Origin: a virus
IMG/VR virus record: IMGVR_UViG_3300007735_000795
Location: 1 to 64,000 of that record
Length of the DNA stretch: 64,000 nt
Direction: 5' to 3' (one strand)
How positions within the stretch are numbered: position 1 is the first letter of the stretch; every line of letters begins with the position of its first letter. Below the pieces are notes generated by a model. It was not told the origin of the DNA, did no database searches, and worked only from the letters and a program-made list of their open reading frames with translations. The translations under genes and the position numbers were made by a program. This document shows positions 29,730-38,572 of the stretch, one piece after another.

Positions 29730-29735
29730 ATGTTT

Positions 29736-29943
29736 CCCCACCTTGAGATTACTGGTGAGTAGATGTATCGGTTTTCTTTCTTTCAATAAACCTGCGGGTC
29801 TTACCCTCTTAAAATTAGTCAAACTACTTGGAGCCTCTGTTACCTAGCTTTATCCCAAAGAGACTGGCGTTTAAGGATGTCCAGTCCAATACCCTATTCA
29901 TTGTTTAAGTCTTGAATTAAAGACTCTGAGTATCTCTTACTCA
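29736..29943 (-). ncRNA. structured ncRNA candidate (~208 nt)
   Basis: Hairpins TGAGTA/TACTCA, GAGTCTT/AAGACTT, GACTGG/CCAGTC, GGGT/ACCC, GGTTT/AAACC, AGTAG/CTACT, CTCACC/GGTGGG; no ORF; bounded by tRNA-type elements. Confidence 0.7.
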
Positions 29944-29946
29944 TAG

Positions 29947-30032
29947 TACCCGGGGAGGGACTCGAACCGGCATTGCTGTTTTTAGCAGCAGCATTTTAAG
30001 TGCTGCACGTATACCTATTTCAGCACCCGGGC
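29947..30032 (-). tRNA. tRNA-Leu(TAA), with mismatches in the D- and T-stems
   Basis: GCCCGGG/CCCGGGT acceptor, CAGCA-CTTAAAA-TGCTG anticodon arm, long variable arm, GCCGG-TTCGAGT-CCCTC T-arm. Confidence 0.75.
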
Positions 30033-30076
30033 AAGTGTGGGCCTCGCACCCACTCGGGAGCATTTGTAACCTCCAA

Positions 30077-30283
30077 TTAGGCCGCAGCCGGTGCTTCAGA
30101 CGGTGACTCGACCTTTTTAGTGGCCGGACGTCCACGTTTTACTACACCGCCGTTTGCAGCGGCACGCATTGCTCTAGCCGCTAAACGGGCTTGACGAGCT
30201 GAATTTTCTACTACTGGTCTGCCTTTGCGACCTGCTACTTTTACTTCTACTGCCGGTGCAGTTGTTTTTACTTTTTTACTCAT
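30077..30283 (-). CDS. small basic AT-hook/histone-like protein
   Basis: RKGRP and KRGRP motifs; Ala/Lys/Arg-rich. Confidence 0.65.
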   Translation of the reverse strand: MSKKVKTTAPAVEVKVAGRKGRPVVENSARQARLAARAMRAAANGGVVKRGRPATKKVESPSEAPAAA

Positions 30284-30660
30284 AACCTTTATTATTTATT
30301 GTTTTTATTATTTAACATTTGTTTTAATTGTTCTAAAAGTGCTTTATCATTATCACTAAGTGGTGTTTTTAGTGTTTTGATACCGTACTTGTCTTCAAAA
30401 TACTCTAATTTTGGTTTTTTACTCATTATATGTGTTTTTTAATTATACTTAAATATACGAACAATCCCTTGCTTCTCCAAACTTATTTTGCTATTTCTTT
30501 TAATTCATTTATTGTTCCTTTAAGAGTGCCTTGTAAGTACCCGATAATTTTAGCATGGGATTCTTTGTTGTCCCACATATGATCCGAATAATCTAATGAT
30601 AATTGAAGTACTTCAATTAGGGATGCGGTTTGCTGTTTTGTCATGTGTTTTATTTTTTAA

Positions 30661-30816
30661 TTATATTTGGATTAAATCAATTGCTTTTGTACCTATACTT
30701 TTTCCATCTTTCAAAACTAAATAATTTGGGTCCATTCCATCTGCAACAATGGCATCAAGTAATTCGTAAATAGAATTAAACTTTTTAGTGTAATAAGAAC
30801 ATTTTAAGCTGTACAT
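30661..30816 (-). CDS. small early hypothetical protein
   Basis: Likely start MYSLKCSYY downstream of the promoter at 30841. Confidence 0.5.
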   Translation of the reverse strand: MYSLKCSYYTKKFNSIYELLDAIVADGMDPNYLVLKDGKSIGTKAIDLIQI

Positions 30817-30966
30817 GTGTTGTTGTTTTTTAATTATAGTTAAATATACGACCAATTTTTTGCTTCTCCAAATCTTTCTGCATAGTTCTGTTAGGTTTCC
30901 CACCCGATCCCTCCAACAAGAGGGGCCCCGGAGGGCCCACACTTGATTAAAACACACACATGAATA

Positions 30967-31776
30967 TTATTCTTCATCATCAGCATCAGGTAAACTGTAT
31001 TCAACCTGATTCAATCCAATTCTGAACTTGATGAAACTTTCTGTATCACAATCTCTATTCTTGCTGAAGTATACTTTACGTGCATCACTGTCTTTAATCC
31101 GATCAACGTGACACATTGCTTCAGTCATATGCTTCAAACGGTTACTACCTGCAAATTCACCTGCTTTAGTTACCTGTTGAATATTAATAAATGAAGTATA
31201 TTTTTTCAACTTATTCTCACCTCTTTTAACGGTACTCTGAAGATTCAAGAACCACAACTCAGCAGCTGACTCAGTAGTTCTATAGGTATCCTTATACATC
31301 TCAATCACTTCAGCAATTGAGTCTATAGCAATCACATCATATCCTTGATCAAACACGTGCTCTAGAGTCTCACGTACGGTATCAGTATAATTCTTTAAGA
31401 ACAAGGTAGGTACAATTTTGAAACCTGGCATTCGTTTACAGTATTTGAAGTGACCTATTTCATCCATTTCACCTGAAACAAACAATACCTTTTTGCCTCT
31501 CAAAGCAAGACGGCTCAACATGTCTAGCACTACCGTACTTTTACCTGATCCAGGTCCACCACATATAATCATATTAACTGCTGGCATCAAGCCTTTCTGA
31601 CTAGACAAAATGTTATCCATTAGAGTACTTGTACTCATAGGACGAAAAACGCTTTCGTCAAATTTCAATTCTGATCCTCTTACAATTTTTACACTTGCAG
31701 GATTGAATGTTGCTACAGGTGCTGTTTGGGTCTTTTTTGGGCGACCTTTACCTCTTTTAATTACTAAATTTTTCAT
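30967..31776 (-). CDS. RadA/Sms-like RecA-family ATPase with an N-terminal AT-hook, lacking the zinc finger and Lon-like domain
   Basis: Start MKNLVIKRGKGRPKK after the promoter at 31796; GGPGSGKS, VSGEM, IDSI, QVTKAGEFAGSNRLKH. Confidence 0.75.
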   Translation of the reverse strand: MKNLVIKRGKGRPKKTQTAPVATFNPASVKIVRGSELKFDESVFRPMSTSTLMDNILSSQKGLMPAVNMIICGGPGSGKSTVVLDMLSRLALRGKKVLFVSGEMDEIGHFKYCKRMPGFKIVPTLFLKNYTDTVRETLEHVFDQGYDVIAIDSIAEVIEMYKDTYRTTESAAELWFLNLQSTVKRGENKLKKYTSFINIQQVTKAGEFAGSNRLKHMTEAMCHVDRIKDSDARKVYFSKNRDCDTESFIKFRIGLNQVEYSLPDADDEE

Positions 31777-31866
31777 GTGTGTTAAATATTTGAAGTGAAT
31801 ATACGACCAGTTTTCTGGAAAGCCAAATAAGAGGTGTGAACACTTGCATTTTCTTACTTTCATTAA

Positions 31867-32118
31867 TATTTATAATAGATCACACCAAGATCCGTGTCGC
31901 ACCGATAGATTGCGTTTTTATTTGAGCCACACACTCACCCTTAGCGGGTTAAAACTGATAAAACAATTATTACCGAGATGCAGGTCGAACGCACAAACCT
32001 AAAGCTGAATGGTTTAAAACTATAGCAAAAACAAGTAAACAATTATTTTCAGATTCACACTCGCTCGATGCGGAAAGTCACTGACAAGTAAAATAAAAGT
32101 TTAGTTATAAACGTACCG
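31867..32118 (+). ncRNA. candidate plus-strand ncRNA behind a late promoter
   Basis: TATTTATA in plus orientation at 31867; ~245 nt without an ORF, short GC stems, A-rich linkers and an internal repeat. Confidence 0.4.
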
Positions 32119-32119
32119 T

Positions 32120-32147
32120 AAAAAAAGAACAGGCGCCCCGGCGCCCA
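32120..32147 (-). terminator. intrinsic terminator
   Basis: Minus strand GGGCGC-CGGG-GCGCCT followed by GTTCTTTTTTT. Confidence 0.55.
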
Positions 32148-32162
32148 CCACTGTGTCTGGTT

Positions 32163-32339
32163 TTAAAAAAACAACTTAAACATTGCTATTAGCATCCACC
32201 CAAAAACTCCCGTTACAATTACCCAGTAAATTATCCTAACTGTTTCGTATGGGCTTTCTTTCATTGATTGAAAGGCCTCATAAATGTTTGCTAGAATTAT
32301 CATTCCAACAACTAAAAAAAGTGCGATTATCCAAGGCAT
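32163..32339 (-). CDS. small two-TM membrane protein
   Basis: Likely start MPWIIALF after the promoter at 32358. Confidence 0.5.
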   Translation of the reverse strand: MPWIIALFLVVGMIILANIYEAFQSMKESPYETVRIIYWVIVTGVFGWMLIAMFKLFF

Positions 32340-32396
32340 GTGTTTTAATTTTATGCCTAAATATACGCACAAATTTTTGGGGAGCCAAATGCTTTT

Positions 32397-32724
32397 TACC
32401 TAATCTTTTTACACCTAATCCATTTACACCCAATCTCTTTGCGAAAAACACCCGATCCTTTTGCGAATAGTATATATGTATATCCTTTGTATACGAGAAA
32501 GGGTGGTGGGGCGGGGCGGGGGGGTTACCTTCCCACACCTCTCACCCCACCCACTAACTACCTTGTTTTCCACACACCATATCTACTTATATACTTATAT
32601 CTTTATATCCGTATATTCGTTTCACCCAATCTCTTTGTTTTCCACACTTGATCCCTTTATACACTTAATCTTTCTATACACCTAATCACTTTATCACCTG
32701 ATCCTTTTATCACCTAATCTCTTT
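32397..32724. repeat. iteron-like array: 10 degenerate CACYYRATCNYTTT repeats in two blocks around a G-rich/C-rich tract
   Basis: Copies near 32397, 32411, 32426, 32448, 32622, 32644, 32661, 32678, 32694 and 32710; GGGTGGTGGGGCGGGGCGGGGGGG at 32501-32524. Confidence 0.75.
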
Positions 32725-35572
32725 AATCATAGTATCAACATACGTTCCATCTATTGGAGTGGTGATAATTGTTGTGTCACACAATGTAGTATCACAACAC
32801 GTTGTTGTATTATTAGTTACTGGAATATTATTTCTATTCATGTTTTTACCTATTAAGGTAATCGTCACTCCCGTTAGTAAAAGGATTCCAAGTACTATCA
32901 TTAGTTCTTTTGCTGTTTTCATTTTTCTGTTTTTTATTTAATTTAGTTATGTTATTTGTAAAATTGAGTAGACCTTCAAGTATTGTTACTAAAAACAATA
33001 GAGCAAATGGAATCCACAATGGACTTAATACCCACCACCAACTCCAATTTATGTTATCTGTTAGTTTAAGTACTACAAATACTGTTAATAGAGTTACTAT
33101 AAAATTTGCACCTACAGTACTATTATTTTCTTTATTCATTTTCTTTTTCTTTTATTTTGTAATTGTTCTTTGTCAATGAATGTTTCTATTAGGGTGAGAA
33201 AACCTTTATTGGTTATTGCTATACCCTTTTCATCTAACTTTTTGATTTGCTGTTTTAATTCTTGAAGTGGTGTCATTAAGCAAAGTTTAAGTAATGGTTT
33301 GCTATTAACAAGTAAGCACATGCTGCTCCAAACATAGTCATGAATATGTCTTGCCAACTAAATTTCTTTTTGAATACGTAACGGTCAGCTATTTCTTTCC
33401 CAAACGCAGCTACTGCTACTATTAACCACGGCCACGCAAAGCCAAAGTCAATTGATGTTAACATGTACAGATACGTCCCTACTATAAAATGTTGTAGTTT
33501 GTCTGTTTGTGTAAATAAATTCATTAATGTTCTCATATTTTTTCGTATTTATGTTTTACTACTTCGTGAAATTCAGGTGCATACTTTTGTAATAACTGCA
33601 AATAGTATTTATTCTTAATGTTCTCGTCTTGTGTTGTTTCGTATTCTATTAAATCCCTCAAACGAGCTGCCATTTCATATCGTTCCGTTTGCACACACCA
33701 ATCAAGTCGATTTTTCATCAATTCAATATATGCATCGTGAGTTGCATCCAACTCATATTGTAGTTCGTTATTGTTGTCCATTTGATTGTGTATTTTCTCT
33801 TAAATAATTCGGTATTGCAGGGCATGTTTTTAATTCCCATCCTTCACTTCCATCATATTCCCATCTTTCTAACCATGCTCCGTATTTTAACCATACTGTA
33901 CCAAACAAGTGTTGTGAACCATAGCCATTATTGTAGTTAAAGTCTAAACTATTGTAAAAGCTGTTTAATTGCTCTTCAGTGTAGTGGAGTGGAAGTCGAA
34001 TTAGTTCATTTGGTTCATCATAATTCCCTTCGTAAGTAATATCAGCACATAGTAAAGTGAATTGTCTTGATTTTACTTTATCTAAAATTTCTAATAATTC
34101 TTGTTTAGCGTTCATAACTGAATTTGTATTTGTTATATTATTGTCCCAATTCGTTTAATTCTTCTTTTAATCGTCTTAAAAATGATTCATTACCATCATC
34201 ACCTGACAACAACCAATCAATGCGTTGGGCATATACAGCTGCTTTACGAAGCACATCTACACCTTCTTTGAATTTTTCAATTACCTCGTCTGGATATTTG
34301 TAGTGGTAAAGGTCTTCAGGGTATTGTTCATACCAATCAGCCTTACGCCAAGATTCATCTTTAAGTTCTTCATCAGTTTTCTTACGACCATTCTTCGCAA
34401 TGATTCTTTCAATTGAGTCAACTATTTGCTCAATTTCAAATTGTTTGTAATCAAAATGTCCTCCACTCATATGTACTTTTTTCTTAAAATAGAATTATAA
34501 TAATTAACTTCTTGTTGAGTATCCTTAGTATACGCTGTAAAATTCAGTGGAAACTCTTTCTTACACTGCTCAATACGTTCTCGTTTTGATTGTTTAGGAT
34601 TTGTATTATTTTCATAGTATAACCATGCTGCCCAATAATGATCACGTTCAGGTGCAGATACCATAGCTGCTATTTGATAACCAAAAAACACAAATGATAC
34701 TAGTGGTGACCATTCAAATCTATAATCAGTACTGCTCCATTTTGTTTTGTATCCTAAACTCACAACATCAAATCCTATTTTTTTAGGAACAAATTTCAAA
34801 TAACCTGGTTTATCAGGATCCTTAACTGCTTTTCTAGGATAGAAGTATGGTGTTCCTATTTTAGTTTTACCAACATACCATTTTACTTTAAATGGGTTGA
34901 ATGGTGACCAAAGTGCTTTTACATATTTGAATTTATTCATGTTTTTAATTTATACCTAAATATACGAATAAAATTTTGGGAAGCCAAATAGAAGGTGAAT
35001 TACTTTAAATTATAGTATTCTTTTATTTCATCCAATTGTGACGGATCAACCATGAACGATTCCCAATCATCCTTTGCTATTTCAACATCTTTCACATCAA
35101 TGTAAAATGTTTTAGGTGTGAATGGAAATGATTTGACATATCCTCTACTGCTGATCATCTTACTTTGGTCTCCTGTTTTATAGTCTTCTTCATTAATCCA
35201 ACACCTACCTGTCCAACAAACACCATTTTGGTCTCGTTTCACTATAGCATCAATGTAATATGCTTCTCCATCTTCACCATCTTTAAATAAAGCAGAGCAA
35301 CGTTTGTTTTGATACCAAGGTTTTCCATTGCCTAAGTCTCTTACATCACCCCATTCTTCATCCTTACCTGTGATTGGTAGTAGTGGTTCATAGTTTGCTA
35401 GTTTATGGAATATATTAGCAACTATAGGAGCTGAGTGGCCTGAATGGCCTTGTTTAGCAAATACTTCCATTAGTTGCATTACTGCTTCTCCTATCATTCC
35501 TCCATAGAAAGAGTCTTTATCAAAGAAGCCTGCTGTTTGCAGTTCTAGTTTTGCGTGGTCGATTGAGTTCAT
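32710..35572 (-). CDS. run of nine small hypothetical genes (several membrane proteins; 33533-33781 has a UVR motif)
   Basis: ORF track; tightly coupled starts and stops; ERYEMAARLRDLI in 33533-33781. Confidence 0.6.
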
Positions 35573-37083
35573 AGGTAACTTTGTTGAGGTTTATCGTTAG
35601 GTGTTTTTAGTGATTCGTGATGAAAAATATGCTTATTTGATTCAATACGTTCTAGATTGTCCAATTGTTTTTTATAAGCATTCAATTCAGCTTCAAGTAT
35701 TAGTTTTTCTGTTTGTAAATTTTTAATATGTTCTTTACAATCAGCTATTGCTCTTTCTATTTTATTCATATTTTTATTTTTTGTATGTTTCGTTGTAGTA
35801 TTCAGATGCCATATCTTGATACCCAATTAGTCTTGTTGACTCTACTTGGCATCCTACGCCAAAGGCATCAATAATCTGCTCACGCTCCATTTCCAAATAC
35901 ATGTCCCAGTTAACCACCATTTTAGTCCCTAATTTTATTTCAGAGTCTATACTTTCTCTTAAAAGTTGGATTGCTGTTTGTTTACTCATTATTTTTTTCT
36001 TTATTTTCATTTAATTTAATTACTTCATTTACAATTTTTTCAAGTAATTGTAATGTGTATGTTTGGTTATGGTAAATTAATCCGCGCCCATCATCTGAAG
36101 CGTTATTATCTGAAATCTCAATTTCAGTTGTAAAATACTTGACTACTATTTTCATTGCTCACCTCCTTCATTTGATTGAATTAAAAAGAAAATCAAACAT
36201 AAAATAGTTATACACCAACGATGCAACTCAATATCTTCCTTGTATTTGAATTGAGACGCACTATATATACCAATAGTCATTGCTGATACGTAACTTAGAA
36301 TTTTGAATATTATTTGTTTACTCATTGCTCACCTCCTTTGATTTTATCTCTCATCCATTTAGCACCTTGTACAAAACATCTTCTATAATTTTGCACATCT
36401 ATTGAAAGACCTATATGTTTTTCTTTGGCAAACTTTTCTATCTCTTCATCTGAGATTTCAGGAATAATCGGTTTTTCCGATTTTTCTGGTACATGGTCAA
36501 GAAAAGTATTGGAGACTTTGGTGTCACTGCTTGTTATGGTTTCCGCGTGTTCATAGCGGCTGAATTCTTTGTTATTCATTATCTTGTTCTCCAAATATTT
36601 AAAATTATTTTAAATCTGAAAAAAGGAGAGTCTTTAAATACCTCTGACTTATCAAAAAGGATATTAAGAGTTCTTCTTATTTTACTCATTGCTCACTTCC
36701 TTTAATTTCAGTAAATGTTGCTTTTGCCTTGAGGATTCCGTACTTACCCCCAATAATTTCTCTTTGGTACCTACCGCTAAGAATGTCGTTTTTCAATTCA
36801 GCAATTTCTTGCTCTCCCTTTTCATCAACGGTAATAACAAGTTTGATTTCGTACACCTTATTCATTGCTCACCTCCTTTGTATGTTAGAATCAAATACTC
36901 AGCAGTAAGTCCTGTGGCTCTGCTTTTTTCCACGATTTCAATAATCTGCTCACGCTCCATTGCTTTCGCTTGTTCAAATAGCTTCTCAACATTATTCAAA
37001 TAGCTATTTTTATCTAATGGATTAAAATCAATTCCTTTTTTTAGCTGCTCTTGCAACCATTCTACTGCTGTTTGTTTTTTCAT
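35569..37083 (-). CDS. array of eight mini-genes (35569-35769, 35774-35989, 35982-36155, 36152-36325, 36322-36579, 36579-36689, 36686-36865, 36862-37083)
   Basis: Manual translation; four end in GGEQ*/GSEQ* with an ATGA overlap. Confidence 0.65.
36152..36879 (-). repeat. four copies of the gene-junction repeat (A/G)AAGGA(G/A)GTGAGCAATGA
   Basis: At 36152-36169, 36322-36339, 36686-36703 and 36862-36879. Confidence 0.85.
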
Positions 37084-37636
37084 AGGTCTCCTCTATTGAT
37101 TTTATAATTATAACCTTTAGTTTCTAAACACTTATTGATCCTATCAACAAAATGCCATTCCGGTTCTGTATCATGTACCTCTGGGTGTACTGATGCTACT
37201 TGAGCAATTTGCTCTGCTACTAATTGTTTTAATTCTTTTTCAGAAACAAATTTGTCTCCAAAAATAACATCCTTAATGTTTTGGTAAGCATGAGTACACG
37301 CCTCATTACCTTCTTCTGTGAACATTTCAAATTCTACTATCATAACCTTTATTTGTTTTATTTAGTTTTTGGTGAACATCCTAACATGAAACTAGTCAGG
37401 AATGCTTGATGTCTGCGTTTTGGAATTTTGTTTTCTTTTAACACATCTTTAACAATTTGCTCCATTACTTCTTGCTCACATTCATATTCTAGAAATGGAA
37501 TAATTTTTTGTCCAAACTCATTGAGCGGAGCATCTTCTAATAATTGATCAAAATCACCTTTAGGTGTACTCGCAGCAAATGCTCTACGATACATTTCAGT
37601 TAATACATTGTAGTCTTTTCGTTCTTGTTTTGTCAT
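37080..37636 (-). CDS. two small hypothetical genes (37080-37343, 37358-37636)
   Basis: ORF track; promoter at 37654. Confidence 0.55.
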
Positions 37637-37712
37637 AACGTTTTAATTACAGTTAAATATACGACAAAAGACCTGGAAATCCAAGTCTTTTGCGCAAGAA
37701 ATTGTAGTTTTT

Positions 37713-37850
37713 TTATTTTGACCAGCCGCAGCCACCATTTTGATGAACATTTGTTCTAGAAATGCTTCCTGGTCTATACCATGCTGGTTTTTGGGCTACA
37801 CATGAATAAAACAAAATTGAAATTAAAATAAGTTTAAGTGCTGTTTTCAT
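37713..37850 (-). CDS. 45 aa lipoprotein
   Basis: MKTALKLILISILFYSC lipobox; ATGA-coupled to the upstream gene. Confidence 0.55.
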   Translation of the reverse strand: MKTALKLILISILFYSCVAQKPAWYRPGSISRTNVHQNGGCGWSK

Positions 37851-38572
37851 AATTTATTAATTTTTATTTGTTTGTTTTCGTATACTAAATATTGTGGTTG
37901 GTTGTCTAATACATCAATAAAGTAATAACGTCCACCAGTTGCTTTACCTTTAGTATCAATTTCATTTACACTAGTATGACCAACTACTTGAATGTATTGT
38001 TTTTTCATTGGGTGTCGTTTTAACACTTTCATTAGACTTCTAGGACGAATCCAAATCGGTGTTTGAAATGTATCATCACCATAAGGATCACTATGTCCAT
38101 ATCCATTATCTGCAAATTTGAATTTATGTGGTTGAAAATACCATAAGTCATTTATAAATTCAACCACGTCTTGTCCATCCCATCCACAATTTTTTAACCA
38201 TTCAGGACTAACACCAGCATGACTAAATAACAAATCATCATACTGATAAGTCATTTGTAAATGGTGTCTGTTTGTTTCTAGTATGTTACCAATTTCCAAA
38301 TAAAGACTATGTTGGAATCCACTATAACGTTCATTACAAATATTCATATAATGAAAGTCATGATTACCAATTAGCATTATCACTTCACATTGTGGGTTTT
38401 CTAATTTCCAACGTACAATGTTTTTGAAGTTATGGATTTGGTCTATACCTGGAATGTCAAAACTATCAAAGTAGTCTCCTACAAATACAACAGTATTTGG
38501 TTGTTCTTTTTCTAGAATTTGTTCCCAAACATTACGACCATGAATGTCTCCTATTGCTACTAACTTATGCAT
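37847..38572 (-). CDS. calcineurin-like metallophosphoesterase
   Basis: GDIHG, GDYFD, GNHD, SHAG, VGHT. Confidence 0.9.
   Translation of the reverse strand: MHKLVAIGDIHGRNVWEQILEKEQPNTVVFVGDYFDSFDIPGIDQIHNFKNIVRWKLENPQCEVIMLIGNHDFHYMNICNERYSGFQHSLYLEIGNILETNRHHLQMTYQYDDLLFSHAGVSPEWLKNCGWDGQDVVEFINDLWYFQPHKFKFADNGYGHSDPYGDDTFQTPIWIRPRSLMKVLKRHPMKKQYIQVVGHTSVNEIDTKGKATGGRYYFIDVLDNQPQYLVYENKQIKINKL

Noticed and set aside
29941-30135. 64-aa minus-strand ORF
   Set aside because: Overlaps tRNA-Leu and the AT-hook gene in another frame
31876-32160. tmRNA, RNase P RNA or hammerhead ribozyme (CCACCA at ~32145, GGAAAGTC, CTGA)
   Set aside because: No T-arm or acceptor stem before CCACCA, no convincing tag frame, RNase P conserved regions incomplete, hammerhead CUGAnGA core absent; the GC hairpin reads better as a minus-strand terminator
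32249-32685. ORFs 32249-32470, 32278-32538, 32439-32651 and 32461-32685
   Set aside because: Low-complexity translations of the repeat/G-tract region on both strands; they overlap a promoter
32397-32724. Repeat array as a CRISPR array
   Set aside because: Units are ~14 nt, degenerate and nearly abutting, with no 25-45 nt unique spacers; no cas operon in the window
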